A stretch of 64,000 nucleotides of DNA from Octopus sinensis (Eukaryota): assembly GCF_006345805.1 (NCBI RefSeq), contig NC_043005.1:26102001-26166000 (forward strand), written 5' to 3'. Each line of letters begins with the position of its first letter. Positions within the stretch are counted from its first letter, which is position 1. Position numbers and translations under genes: made by a program. This document shows, one piece after another, positions 29,234 to 41,612 of the stretch. The notes under the pieces were generated by a model that was not told the origin of the DNA, did no database searches, and saw only the letters and a program-made list of their open reading frames with translations.

Positions 29234-29787
29234 TAGCAGTATCGCCCGGCGTTGCTCGGGTTTGTAAGGGAAATAATTATATAAGCATTTTAGAGATGTA
29301 AAGTATAATAGCCATCTCAATATGGCTAACCACAATGGGGGAGGGGTGTTACTGTAGCTTTTTACGTTCTGAGAATTAATAATAAATTTTAGAGAGTTAC
29401 TTCCCTTATATATGTCAAAAATGGATTAAAAGTGGGAAAAATTGATGGTAAATTTTTTTTTAAATCGTAGACTCATCGTAGACGCGCGCTAATACCCAGA
29501 CGGTCTCGATATGAATCACGACTATAAGATACCCGGTTTTGGTTAAACTGCACCGCAAAATGTGGGAGTAGTTAGGAATCTAAATCGTAGGAGACAGACA
29601 CACAACCTCACTTTTATATATAAAGATTTCCTCTATTTACATAATATTGAGGTCTCTTTCTTTCTTTTGTTATCTTACTGTTTTTACCAATATACATATA
29701 TATATATATATAATATATATATAGTTACAGAGATGTACTTGCATAGCAAGTGACTTGATCTGAGATCGTGTGCTGGAACGAAAACAG

Positions 29788-30047
29788 TTGCAGCGTTGAA
29801 GGTGTTTATAAGCCATTTAAGAAACACACAAAAACCGTTAGATTCACTTCAACATTTAAATTTAATTTGTCAAAATATTTTTGTCGCTTTGAGACCGCGA
29901 CCTGTTAGCACGATATTTTTTGTCAGTGAACAGGTCGCGGTCTCAAAGCGACGAAAATATTTTGGCAAATTAAATTTAAATGTTGAAGTGAATGTAACGG
30001 TTTTTGTGTGTTTCTTAAATGGCTTACAAACACCTTCCAGGCTGCAA
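29788..30047. repeat. Foldback palindrome, ~119-bp arms, 22-nt spacer
   Basis: 29788-29906 pairs with 29929-30047 with few mismatches. Confidence 0.9.
29919..29969 (+). ncRNA. Type I hammerhead-like motif with G3-C8 swapped core
   Basis: TTTGTCA-GTGAACA-G-GTCGC(GGTCTCAAA)GCGAC-GAAA-ATAT-T-T-TGGCAAA: 7-bp stem I, 5-bp stem II, palindromic AATATT stem III. Confidence 0.6.
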
Positions 30048-30063
30048 TATATATATACACACA

Positions 30064-30094
<31 letters not shown>

Positions 30095-30414
30095 TGTGTG
30101 TATATGTGTATGCGTATGTGTTGTGTGTGTGCGTGTCTGTGCTTGTGATTGTCCTCCACCACTGCTTGACAACGAATGTTGGTTTGTTTACATCCCTGTC
30201 ACCTAGTGGTTTGACAAAGGAAACAGATAGAATAAGTACAATGCTTACAAAAATAAAACGAGTTGATTCATTAAACTACAATTCTTCAAGGCATTGCCCC
30301 AGCATGGCCACAGACCAATGGCTGGAAAAAGCAGAAGAATAAAAGAATACATTCTCTGCTTTGGTCTTATGTTCAAGGCATGAGAAAGCTTGAGTTTACA
30401 TGAGAAGGCCTAAC

Positions 30415-30898
30415 AGACCTGGTAGAAACAGCAGCCAAATCTCCCTCAAATCACACCTTACTGTCTTATGTATGTATATATATATATGAGCCAATGAGGG
30501 GGACCTCTACATGGTAGCTAGACCTGGTAGAAATAGCAGCCAAATTTCCCCCAAATCACACCTTACTGTCTTATCTATGTATATATGTATGTATGAGCCT
30601 ATGAGGGAGACCCCTACATGGCGGCTAGACCTGGTAGAAATAGCAGCCAAATTTCCCCCAAATCACACCTTACTGTCTTATCTATGTATATATGTATGTA
30701 TGAGCCTATGAGGGAGACCCCTACATGGCAAGCTAGACCTGGTAGAAATAGCAGCCAAATTTCCCCCAAATCACACCTTACTGTCTTATCTATGTATATA
30801 TGTATGTATGAGCCTATGAGGGAGACCCCTACATGGCAGCTAGACATGGTAGAAATAGCAGCCAAATCTCCCTCAATCACACCTTACTGTCTTATCTT
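30415..30898 (+). repeat. Minisatellite, ~4.5 units of 105-108 bp
   Basis: AGACCTGGTAGAAATAGCAGCCAAAT... recurs at 30415, 30520, 30627, 30735, 30842. Confidence 0.9.
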
Positions 30899-31360
30899 TC
30901 TGCTACTTGGATATATGTGTTATATCGTCGTAAAAAACTTTCCTTCCGCACCCACACACACCCCTCCACCACACAGCGCACGTTAGCTTACAATTTTATT
31001 TATATATTTGCGTGTCTATGTGTTGAAAGAGGAAGTGGGAGGCAGAGTGAAAGAATCACTCACTACAGTAAGTCAATTACTTTCATTTTATTCGTGCCCA
31101 CTGTGTGTGTGCGTTTGCGTGTGCTGTAAACCAGACTAAGAAAAGCATTTGACACACACACCAGAATGTGAGTTTTCTGTAAATTTTGCTTAATTGGAGT
31201 TTAAATTTTAAAAACTGGACCCGGCATGACGCGATGCATTGTACTCTTAAAAATGCAAGGTAAATTGTAATTGAAGAAATCCTATATTGTAGATTTGTAT
31301 AACTCCCAAAGGGAGGCAGATAAAATCTGCCTTTTATAATAAGATATATATATATATATA

Positions 31361-31825
31361 GGCGCAGGCGGGGCTGTGTCGTAAGTAGCTTGCTTACCAA
31401 CTGCATGTTTCCGGGTTCAGTCGCATGACACCTTGAGCAAGTGTTTTCTCCTATAGACACGGACCGACCAAAGCTTTGTGAGTGGATTCGGTAGACAGAA
31501 CCTGAAAGAAACCCGTCGTATATATATATATATATATATGTGTATGTATATATATATATATGTGTGTGTGTGTGTGCGTGTGTGTATGTGTGTGTTTGAG
31601 TGAGTGCATGTGTGTGTATTTGTGTGTCTGTGTCTGTGCCATCACCATCGCTTGACAACCGATGTTAGCGTGTTTAGGTCCCTGTAACTTAGCGGTTCGG
31701 TAAAAGAGACCGATCGAATAAGTACGAGGCTTACAAAGAATAAGTCATGGGGCCGATTTGTTCGACTTAAGTCGGTGCTCCATCATGGCCGCAGTCAAAT
31801 AGCTGAAACAACTAAATGAATATAT
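31361..31825 (+). mobile_element. SINE family A, full length
   Basis: Head, internal (TA)/(TG) microsatellite and tail all present. Confidence 0.8.
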
Positions 31826-32127
31826 ATTGTTAGAACACAAATAACACACAACGATATGCTCACCGTCTCACCGTCATTCAGAGTTGGTGCAGTACGCAGT
31901 GCTCCTGTGGGGGACCTTACGCGGACACACCTGAAGAGGGACACCGAGGATGACAGACACTACACCCTGGGAGATGCAGGACATGGCAGCGATGATGAGG
32001 GACAAACACCACTAGAAAGAACTCGTCCATGGATCTCGGGAATTTTACCCGCACTAGAAGATACACACACAAATATAACATATATCCTACATATATAGAT
32101 ATTATATATACTCATATATATATATAT

Positions 32128-32715
32128 AGAAATATTAAAATAACTAAGTCTCTCTAAAAGAGAACAGGCGGCAGCGTTCCGGAAAATAATATTATCGCCA
32201 CTAATATGGCATTCTTATAAAAATAAGAAAAAAGTTTTCCGCTTATTAGCTCCATGAGGCCATCGCCTTAATTAGCTATTTGATACACAAACTGTATCCA
32301 ATATAAACCTTCGAACAAGGGAGGTCAGTCGCTCCACACTACTTGACCGCAGCTACTATTATTTTCCGGGAACGCTGCCGCTGTTCTCTTTTAGAGAGAC
32401 TTAGTTATTTTAATATTTCTATTATTGAAACAGTGGATGTATTCCCCGAAACTAGGTAAATAAAAACCATCGAACAGAGATTGTCGGAGCGACACCTACT
32501 TGCTGGCTACGCTGCATTGAAAAGGGGCAATACCCCGAAACGCGTCTGTAGCTGCCGGTCAAGTAGTGTGGAGCGACTGACCTCCCTTGTTCGAAGGTTT
32601 ATAGGGATACAGTTTGTGTATCAAATAGCTAACTTAAGGCGATGGCCTCATGGAGCTAATAGCGGACAGCTTTTTTCCTTATTTTTATAAGAATGCCATA
32701 TTAGTATGGCGATAA
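32128..32715. mobile_element. Penelope-like terminal repeat with interleaved inversions and a degenerate HHR (32506-32552)
   Basis: A(32128-32190) B(32191-32356) A'(32358-32420) C B'(32548-32715). C contains GCTACG-CTGCATTGAAAA-GGGG(CAATA)CCCC-GAAA-CGCG-T-C-TGTAGC. Confidence 0.6.
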
Positions 32716-32784
32716 CTATTATATATATATAGATAATATATATATATATATATATATTTGAATAATATGCATATATATGTATAT

Positions 32785-32985
32785 TGCGCACAGGGGTCTA
32801 AACAGAGGGGGCAAACAAAGAGAGACAAAGGGAGTTAGTCGATTACATCGACCCCAGTGCGTAGCTGGTACATCTTTAATCGACCCCCGAATGGATGACA
32901 GATAATGTCGACCTCGGCGAAATTTGAACTTAGAACGTAACGGCAGACGAAATACCACTAAGCATTTCTGCCAGCTCGCCGCCCT
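32785..32985 (-). mobile_element. SINE family B
   Basis: GGCGAGCTGGCAGAAATG...GTTCTAAGTTCAAATTTCGCCGAGGTCGAC on the minus strand. Confidence 0.75.
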
Positions 32986-32999
32986 GTATATGTGCGCGC

Positions 33000-33040
<41 letters not shown>

Positions 33041-33241
33041 TGAGTGTGTGAGTGTGTGTATGTATGTATGTATATTTAATATATATATATTTAAATTATA
33101 TATAGTTAAATTCTCGGTTCGATAGTGATATGCGTGAGGAGTCTAATGCGGGCCTTGTATGAGAATGTATATTTTAAATAAAATGAGACGACAAAGATAA
33201 GTCTGTGTGAAATTTTCAAGACATTTATAAAGAGGAAGTTT

Positions 33242-33289
33242 GTCTTACAGCTGTTTCTGGGATATTAGGTATATCCCTTCATCAGAGAC
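33242..33289 (-). ncRNA. Type I hammerhead ribozyme motif at the end of a Penelope-like segment (33242-33680)
   Basis: GTCT-CTGATGA-A-GGGATAT(ACCTA)ATATCCC-A-GAAA-CAGCTG-T-A-AGAC; canonical core, palindromic ACAGCTGT stem III. A diverged homolog lies at 55040-55420. Confidence 0.7.
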
Positions 33290-33699
33290 GATGTGAGATG
33301 GTTAAATTTATGGAAATATTAGAGTTCAATATAAGGAGTTATTTGGGAAAAGGAAGAAAGTATATAGGGGAATAGGAAAATGAATGTAGAAATAAAAATA
33401 AAAGATATATAAAGCTGTTATGGTTGCAGTTCCTTTATCCAAGGAAAGTGGTGTGTAGAAGTGGTTGAAATGCTTCTTGTCCGTGGTATGTAAATTTCGA
33501 TAGGAGTGTGGAGACGTAGGTTCCATGTGCTGCTCATTCAAAGGGGACTTGTGGTGTGAATGAAATTTTGAGAATGTAGTGGTAGTATTAAGTGGATAGA
33601 GGGGGAGAAGAGATGTGTATGTTAAAATAAGGAGAGTAGTCAAAAGGAGAAGGTGAGAAAGGAAAGAAAGAAAGAGGAAGAGGAAGAGAATATATATAT

Positions 33700-33735
<36 letters not shown>

Positions 33736-33741
33736 CATGTG

Positions 33742-33789
<48 letters not shown>

Positions 33790-34084
33790 ATAGATACATA
33801 TGTACATGAAAGCAGACAATCATACACACACACATACACACATTGTTTGTGTATTCTATTTCAATCTTCAGCGGAACCTTTATGTCAGTGAAATCACATG
33901 CGCAAGTTCTATTGCCGTTTAGTGCTATGAATCAACTAGTTAACTAATGAACCGATCAACGAATCGTTTAGTTGGCGAATTGCTTCCTGAAACGGTTGGT
34001 TTCTCAGGAGTCCTTTTGTCGCCATACGCAATCTACCTCATTAGTCCATTTTACACTCCATGTCTATCACAATATACCGAAACA

Positions 34085-34145
<61 letters not shown>

Positions 34146-34159
34146 CGTGCGTGCGTGTG

Positions 34160-34191
<32 letters not shown>

Positions 34192-34379
34192 TGTTTATAT
34201 AGTTCAAATTTACAGAAAGAAAAAGACGAAGATAGGTGAGCGAACCAAAAGCAGGTTTATTAGTTTAACACGCGGGAGGAATCGGAAAGTCTTTGACGTT
34301 TCGAGCTGATGGTTGAGATAAATAATGAGAAAACGAAAAAAGGGAGAGAAAAATGCATGTGTATATATGTGTGGGTGTG

Positions 34380-34562
34380 TTCTTTTATTCTTTTATTTAT
34401 TTCAGTCATTTGACTGTGGCTATGCTGTAGCACCATCTTTAGTCGAACAAATCGACCCGAGAACTTATTCTTTGTAAGCCTAGTACTTATTTTATTGACC
34501 TCTTTTGCCGAACAAGCATCGGTTCTCAAACGATGATGGGGGAGACAAACACAGACATATAA

Positions 34563-34622
<60 letters not shown>

Positions 34623-34802
34623 ATATATATATATATATACGACGGGCTTCTTTCAGTTTCCGTCTACCAAATCCACTCACAAGGCTTTGGTCGGCCCCAG
34701 GCTGTAGTAGAAGACATTTGCCCAAGGTGCTACGCAGTGGAACTGAACCCGGAACTGCATGGTTGGTAAGCAAGCGACTAACCATGCAGCCACTCCTGCG
34801 CT
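34380..34802 (-). mobile_element. SINE family A, full length
   Basis: Family A head and tail with internal microsatellite. Confidence 0.8.
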
Positions 34803-34914
34803 TTATACATATACATATGTGTGTGTGTGAGTCTGTATATATATATATATATATATATAATATATGTCCAAAGTGGGTTCACTATATCTCTAGGACACAG
34901 GCAAGTAAACAAAC

Positions 34915-36642
34915 CAAAGAATTCTTTGCCACTTACCTCTAGCCAAAGAGGCAAAAATTGAGTACATCAACATTGAAGATAATGATATCACACTGGCCAT
35001 AGATGAGATTGACACAAACAAACTCAGCTGCTGGACCTGATGGATTTCCAACGATCCTTCTCAAATCGTGCAAACGAGCCCTTGCAAAACCACTACAGCT
35101 TCTTTTTCAGAGCTTTCTTGCAAGTGGTATGCTCCCAGTCAAATTGAAAGAAGGGGTTATATGCCCTATCCATAAGGGAGGAAGTAGAGCAGATGCTAAA
35201 AATTATAGACATATCTCTCTGACCTCACACATCAGCAAAGTCATGGAACGAATAGTCCGCAAGAAACTAATCCTGTTCCTTGAAGAAAATGACTTGCTGA
35301 CTGACTCCCAGCATGGATTTCGACCAGGTGGAAGCTGTCCAACACAGCTCCTGCAACACTATGACTGGGTGTTAAAACAGCTACTAAATGGCTCAAATGT
35401 GGATGTAATATATCTCGACTTTGCAAAAGCCTTTGATAAAGTCGACCATAGTATGATCTGTCACAAACTGCGTCATTGGCGGAAAACTTGGAGAGTGGCT
35501 GCACAACTTCCTACAAGAGAGAAGGCAGGCAGTTGTGGCCAATGGAACTACCTCCAAGGAAGCACAAATAACAAGTAGTGTTCCACAGGGCACTGTCTTG
35601 GGTCCACTGCTGTTCATAGTGGCCCTTTCAGACATGCGCTCAGTTGCTATGATGGCCACCCTTGCTAGCTATGCAGATGAGACAAAAGTCTCTCACACAA
35701 TACAAAACCCTAGAAATATTGCACATCTGCAAAGGGAGTTGGATACAATATACAACAACATGCAGTTTAATGCAGGGAAGTTCCAAGCCCTGCGCTACCG
35801 GTACACAAAGGTGAACGACATGCAGACCGGATACACTGGCCCGGGAACAATTGTAATTCCTGAGTCAAAATCAGTGCATGACCTGGGCATTGACATGAGC
35901 AATGATGCATCTTTTCAAGTGCATATTACTAATTTGGTAATAAAATGCAGACAGCTAGCTGGATGGATTCTCCAAACTTTCAGAACAAGAGAGGAGACAC
36001 TGATGGTCCTTTGGAAGACATTCGTCCTCAGCCACTTGGACTACTGCTCCCAACTATGGTCACCACACAATATAAAGTTAACAGCAGAACTCGAAGCAAT
36101 CCAACGAAGCTACACTAAGAAGATCGTCTCAATGCAACATATCAGCTACTGGGAAAGACTGAAAGTATTAAAACTCTTCTCCCTGGAGCGAAGGCGGGAG
36201 AGATATGCAGTGATATACATCTGGAAAATCCTGGAGGGTCTTGTCCCGAATTTTGGCATTTAAAGTTACCCCAACAGCAGAACGGGGCGCCACTGCATGG
36301 TGCCAAAGATCCCAACATCACCATCAAAATACAGGACCAGATACTGCAAGAGCTTGGGTTTCAAAGGACCACATCTCTTCAATATCCTTCCTAAATGCCT
36401 GTGAGACCGCCATGGTGTGGATGTGGGTTTCTTTAAAACTAAACTGAATCTCTTCTTGTCAGGGGTTCCAGATGAACCTGCCTTTCGGTAGGAAACACAG
36501 ATGCGGGCAGCGCCGTCGAACACCCTTGTTGATCAAGTGCCACGTATCAGAGGTGGTTTCACACACTAGTGTAGCTCACTCAACGGTTGTGCCCCAGCGT
36601 GGCCGCAGCCTTCAGGCTGAGACATTTTTAAGGATTTAAGGA
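34915..36642 (+). mobile_element. CR1-like LINE, 5'-truncated, frameshifted RT (ORF2) with 3' UTR and (AAGGATTT) tail
   Basis: AAGPDGF...NYRHISLTSHISKVMER...QHGFRPG...YLDFAKAFDKVDH (35003-35578); VPQGTVLGPLLF...YADETK...HLDYCSQLWSP...LERRRERY (35535-36263). Confidence 0.92.
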
Positions 36643-36650
36643 TATGTATG

Positions 36651-36700
<50 letters not shown>

Positions 36701-36722
36701 TGTATGTATGTATGTATGTATA

Positions 36723-38130
36723 CGTGGAAAAAGTATTCGTACAGAACATAAATAACTGATAATTCTGATTTAATACTTCGTAGCATAACTATTATTCAGT
36801 TCCACTTCAATCAATCTCTTCTTGTATTTCTTAATCAATTGACTCGTATGTTTCTTTAGGAATTTTTTCCCATTCTTATTGACAAATTTTCTTCAAATTT
36901 GCAATGCACGTTGGGGCTCTTGAATGAATTTTAATTTTCAAATAACGCCACAAATTTTCAATGGGGTTCAAATCAGGTGACTGACTTGGCCAATCTAATA
37001 ATTTTATATTGTGATCGACAATCCATTTTTTGGTAGACTTCGCCGTGTGCTTAGGATCGTTATCCTGTTGTAAAACCCACCCTTCACAAAGCTGGAGCTT
37101 TTCTACAGAATCCCATAAATTATTGTTCAAAATATTTTGGTACATCTCTGCATTCATTCTACCATCTATCACATGTAAATTGCCAGTACCATTTGCAGAG
37201 AAACACCCCCACACCATGATGTTGCCACCTCCAAACTTTATGGTAGGAATTGTGTTTTTCGGCGAATAGGCAGTACCATCTTTCCTCCAAAAATGGCTAC
37301 GTGAATTTCTTCCAAACAATTCAATTTTCGACTCGTCTGTCCATAGAACATTTTCCCACAATGTATCAGGTTTATTTTCATGCTCATAAACAAATTTTAA
37401 ACGGGCATCTCTATGCCTTTTAGTCAACAGCGGAGTTTTTCTAGGAGAGCGTGATTTCAGTTCATTTCTATGAAGTTCATTGCTGATTGTTCATAGTGTA
37501 ACACTAGTCCCTGATGCTAACAAATCTTGCAACTCCTTTTTGGTGATCCTTGCGATTTTTTTTTTCGATTCTTCACTTCATTTTTCTAGGGGAAATCTTG
37601 CATGGTGCACTGGATCTTATTCTGTTTTCAACAGTTCCCAATTTTTTATATCTTTGAATAAATGAAGATATGGTAGAAAATGGAATACAAAGGGTCTCCG
37701 ATATTTTCCTGTAACTTTTACCTGCTTTCCACTGTTCAATAATTAAGTTTTTCACTGTATTTGTGAGTTCTTTTCGCCATTATTACGATAATACTTTATG
37801 TTGTATCAGTGCTGAATGAAGAAGCTAGCGTTTTGACACTTAAAAATGACAACTGATAAGATTATTGGAACAAACGAGAAAGTTCTAGTAAAAAAAAATT
37901 ATTCTAACAGTATTTTGTGGTATAGAATTCATAAATTTACGAATACTTTTTTTACCCATAAATATTTTTGATTGTATGTAAATTCCTTAGTTACTATAAT
38001 TTATTAGTTTCTTTTGAATATTCTTAGTTTATGCATCTGTATGCAAATATAGTATTGATATATCCCATTTATGTTCATTAGAAATTAAATAAAGAATTTT
38101 GACATGTACGAATATTTATTTCCCCCACTG
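36723..38130 (-). mobile_element. Near full-length Tc1-like transposon (DD34E), inactivated by frameshifts/stops
   Basis: [41 protein letters not shown] (34 residues between D and E); HTH at 37573-37780; TIRs CAGTGG...TATTCGTACA at both ends, TA flanks. Confidence 0.93.
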
Positions 38131-38142
38131 TATATATATATA

Positions 38143-38184
<42 letters not shown>

Positions 38185-38215
38185 ATATATATATATATAT
38201 ACATACATACATACA

Positions 38216-38251
<36 letters not shown>

Positions 38252-38296
38252 TACATACATTTATATATATATATGTATGTATGTATTATATTATAT

Positions 38297-38504
38297 ATTC
38301 TTTTATTCTTTTACTTGTATCAGTCATCTTAACTGTGGCCATGTTGGAGCACCTCCTTTAGTCGAACAAATCGACCCCAGGACTTATTCCTTGTAAGCCT
38401 AGTACTTATTCTATTGGTGGTCTTTTGCCGAACCGCTACGTTACGAGGACGTAAGCACACCAACCTCGGTTGTCAAGCAATGGTGGGGGGATACAGACGC
38501 ACAA

Positions 38505-38573
<69 letters not shown>

Positions 38574-38726
38574 CGACGGGCTTTCTATTCACCAAATCCG
38601 CTCATATGGCTTTGGTCGGGCCGAGGCTATAGTAGAAGACACTTCCCCCAGATGCCTTGCAGTGGGACTGAACCCGGAACGATGTGGTTGGGAAGCAAGT
38701 TACTTACCACACAGCCACTGCTGCGC
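38297..38726 (-). mobile_element. SINE family A, full length
   Basis: Family A head and tail. Confidence 0.8.
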
Positions 38727-38758
38727 ATATACAGCCACTCCATATATATTTATATATA

Positions 38759-38988
38759 CAGTATTCCCTCGACTATCGCGGGTGTTACGTTCCAAATCCC
38801 ACCCCCGCGATAGATGAAAATCCGCGAAGTATAAACAGTACTGCATTTTTTATTATTATTTTAATTTCAATATATTTATTTTATTATAAATGCAAACCAA
38901 CACCACAGAGGAATCGATGTATGTTTAAATAATAAGCCGCGACAGGTGGACCGCGATAGGTGAACCGCGATATGGCGAAGGACTACTG
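38759..38988. mobile_element. Tigger/pogo-like MITE (230 bp)
   Basis: TIRs CAGTATTCCCTCGACTATCGCGG / CCGCGATATGGCGAAGGACTACTG, TA at both flanks, subterminal CCGCGA repeats. Confidence 0.75.
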
Positions 38989-39219
38989 TATATACATACA
39001 TACATACATACATACATACATACATACATACATACATACATACATACATAAACATTGTATGCATATATATTATATTACATTATATTTACATATATATCCA
39101 TACTAGCAGTATCGCCCGGCGTTGCTCGGGTTTGTAAGGGAAATAACTATATAAGCATTTTACGTTTCCATTTTCTTTTTCAGGAACAGCTTGATATATT
39201 GGTAAACAGCCAACGGAGT

Positions 39220-39480
39220 TGGAGAGCATAAAGATACGAGTCGTGTTTGAAAAAAGTTAACTGAGATGAAGAACTGGAAGTCATCTGAATATTGGAGAAG
39301 TGTTACCTTGCCAAGGGGGTTCGCACCAGGTATCAAAATGCCGACATCACGACTGCTACTCAAAGCTCTGTAAAGTCTGTAAAAGCTTTAAGACGTAACA
39401 TGGATGGCTGCCACGGAGATTGCGAAGCCTTGGCCAAGAGGAAGGGGCACGGCAGGCATTTTGACTGCGCCCACAGGCCG
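39220..39480 (-). mobile_element. Possible degraded L1/Tx1-like RT fragment
   Basis: LGQGFAISVAAIHVTS*SFYRLYRALSSSRDVGILIPG...TLLQYSDDFQFF resembles the QG.PLSP.LF / YADD region. Confidence 0.4.
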
Positions 39481-39751
39481 AAATTCATCCATCTTTGAAC
39501 AGGGCGTTAACCCTTTCATTACCAACCCGGCTGAAACCGACTCTGGATCTGAGTACAAATCTCATGTTTTGAGAAATTTTGAATTAAAATCTTCCACTAA
39601 ACTTTAGTCACAATTTATGTTGCTAACACTAGCTGAATGATAACTTATTATTATTATTATTATGAATGATTATTATTCAAGAATGATAAATTTTTTGTTA
39701 TATTTCAAGTAATTGAAAGGAACACAGAGTATCTCAACAGAAATATGGTGG

Positions 39752-40132
39752 TGGAAGCACTCCGTCGGTTACGACGATGAGGGTTCCGGTTGATCTGAAT
39801 CAACGGAACAGCCTGCTCGTGAAATTAACGTGTAAGTGGCTGAGCACTCCACAGACACGTGCACCCTTAACGTAGTTCTCGGGGATATTCAGCGTGACAC
39901 AGAGAGTGACAAGGCCGGCCCCTTGAAATACAGGTACAACAGAAACATAGAGAAAGAGTTAGAGAAAGTTGTGGTGAAAGAGTACAGCAGGGATCTCCAC
40001 CATCCTCTGCCGGAGCCTCGTGGAGCTTTTTAGGTGTTTTCGCTCAATAAACACTCACAACGCCCGGTCTGGGAATCGAAACCGCGATCCTATGACCGCG
40101 AGTCCGCTGCCCTAACCACTGGGCCATTGCGT
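39752..40132 (-). mobile_element. SINE family C
   Basis: tRNA-like head (CAATGGCCCAGTGGTTAGGGCAGCGG...GTTTCGATTCC) and body shared with 18745-19038. Confidence 0.8.
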
Positions 40133-40523
40133 AACAAAGCAGTTAAAATACGTAATATAAAAACAATTCTTAAGCTCAGTTCAGACGGCTATGTGAAGAA
40201 GATGGAGGCTGTATTCAAACCCAGGCTAGAGAGGAAAGCTCCTTGTCAGGATCCAGTCCTTGTCATGCTTCTGGAAAGAAACAGAAGTGTTTGCCGAAGA
40301 ATTTCTACGAGTTTTTCCAGCCCAAATATCTGGTTCCCAATTACCTCGATTCTAATCAGTTGAGGCAGGATTCGCTGTTACTTTTAGCATGTCAAATGAC
40401 GATGCACGCACAACTATAGCAATAATACCTGTATTTGGAGTGGTTGTTGTTTCGTATTCCAGTTGTAAACCAGCAGGCCCTTGATCGAGACCTTCCTGTC
40501 GTGACCATCGCTTCTTCTCCAAG

Positions 40524-40598
40524 GTGGTGGGTTCGCCACCTCATTCCTCGCCGCCAGTGCCTCGTGGTTGTCGGCGTCGCTGATGTTTTATGAAGATG
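40524..40598 (+). CDS. Candidate 75-nt phase-1/phase-1 coding exon (GGGFATSFLAASASWLSASLMFYED)
   Basis: Pyrimidine tract CTTCTTCTCCAAG acceptor, GTAAGT donor, open hydrophobic frame; no homolog recognised. Confidence 0.25.
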
Positions 40599-40604
40599 GT
40601 AAGT

Positions 40605-41554
40605 GTTGTCACGGTATGTACAGCGATGATGGTCGTGGTGATAGTGGTGGTGATGGTGGTTGTAGCAGTGGTTGTGGGGTTGGTGGTGATCGAGGTCGCG
40701 GTGGCGTGATAATGGTAAAGGTGATAGTGGTGGTGGTGGTGGTGGTGGTGGTGGTGATGTGAGTGACGTTTGTTGTGGTGGGAGCTGGGTGATGGTGATG
40801 ATGGCGGTGATTGTGGTGGTGGTCCTGGTGTTGATGATGCTGATGATCGCAGAGATAACGGCGGCTGTGGAGATGATGGTGGTGATGGTGATGGTGGAGG
40901 TGGTGATGATGATGATGATGAATACGACGATGATTATGATAATAATGATGATGATGATGGTGGTGATAGTGGTGGTAGTGGTGGTGATAATGATGATGGT
41001 GATGCTGATGATGATGGGGTGGTGGCGATGGTGGTGGTAGTGATGATGATAATGATGATGGTAATGCTGATGATGATGGGGGGGTGGCAATGGTGGTGGT
41101 AGTGGTGATGATAATGGGGATGATGATAGTGGTGGCGACGGTGGTGGTGGTGATGATGGTGATGATGATGATGATAATGTTGATGATCGTAGTGATAACG
41201 GTGGTGGTGGTGATGGTGGTGGTTGTGATAATAGTGGTGTTAAAGTATGTAAGAATCGCTGTTGTTATTGTTGTTGTTGTTGTTGTCGTCGTTGCCGTTG
41301 CTATAGCAACAGCCGCAACAGGTATCATCGTCACAATTTTCCGTTGCACACACACACACACACTGTCACTCGGTGTTGTGGGAATTGTTTTGCTGCTTCT
41401 AATGTTACCACGGCTGCTACTGCTGCTACCGCTGCTACTGCTGACGATGGTGATGATGATGTTGCTGCTGCTGCTACTCTTCCTGCTGTTGCTCTTCCTC
41501 CTGCTGCTGCTGTTGCTCTTCCTCCTGCTGCTGCTGCTGCTGCTGCTGCTGATA

Positions 41555-41612
<58 letters not shown>

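Noticed and set aside
30415-30898. CRISPR-like periodicity
   Set aside because: Whole units are repeated with no unique spacers, the context is eukaryotic, and no cas genes are present.
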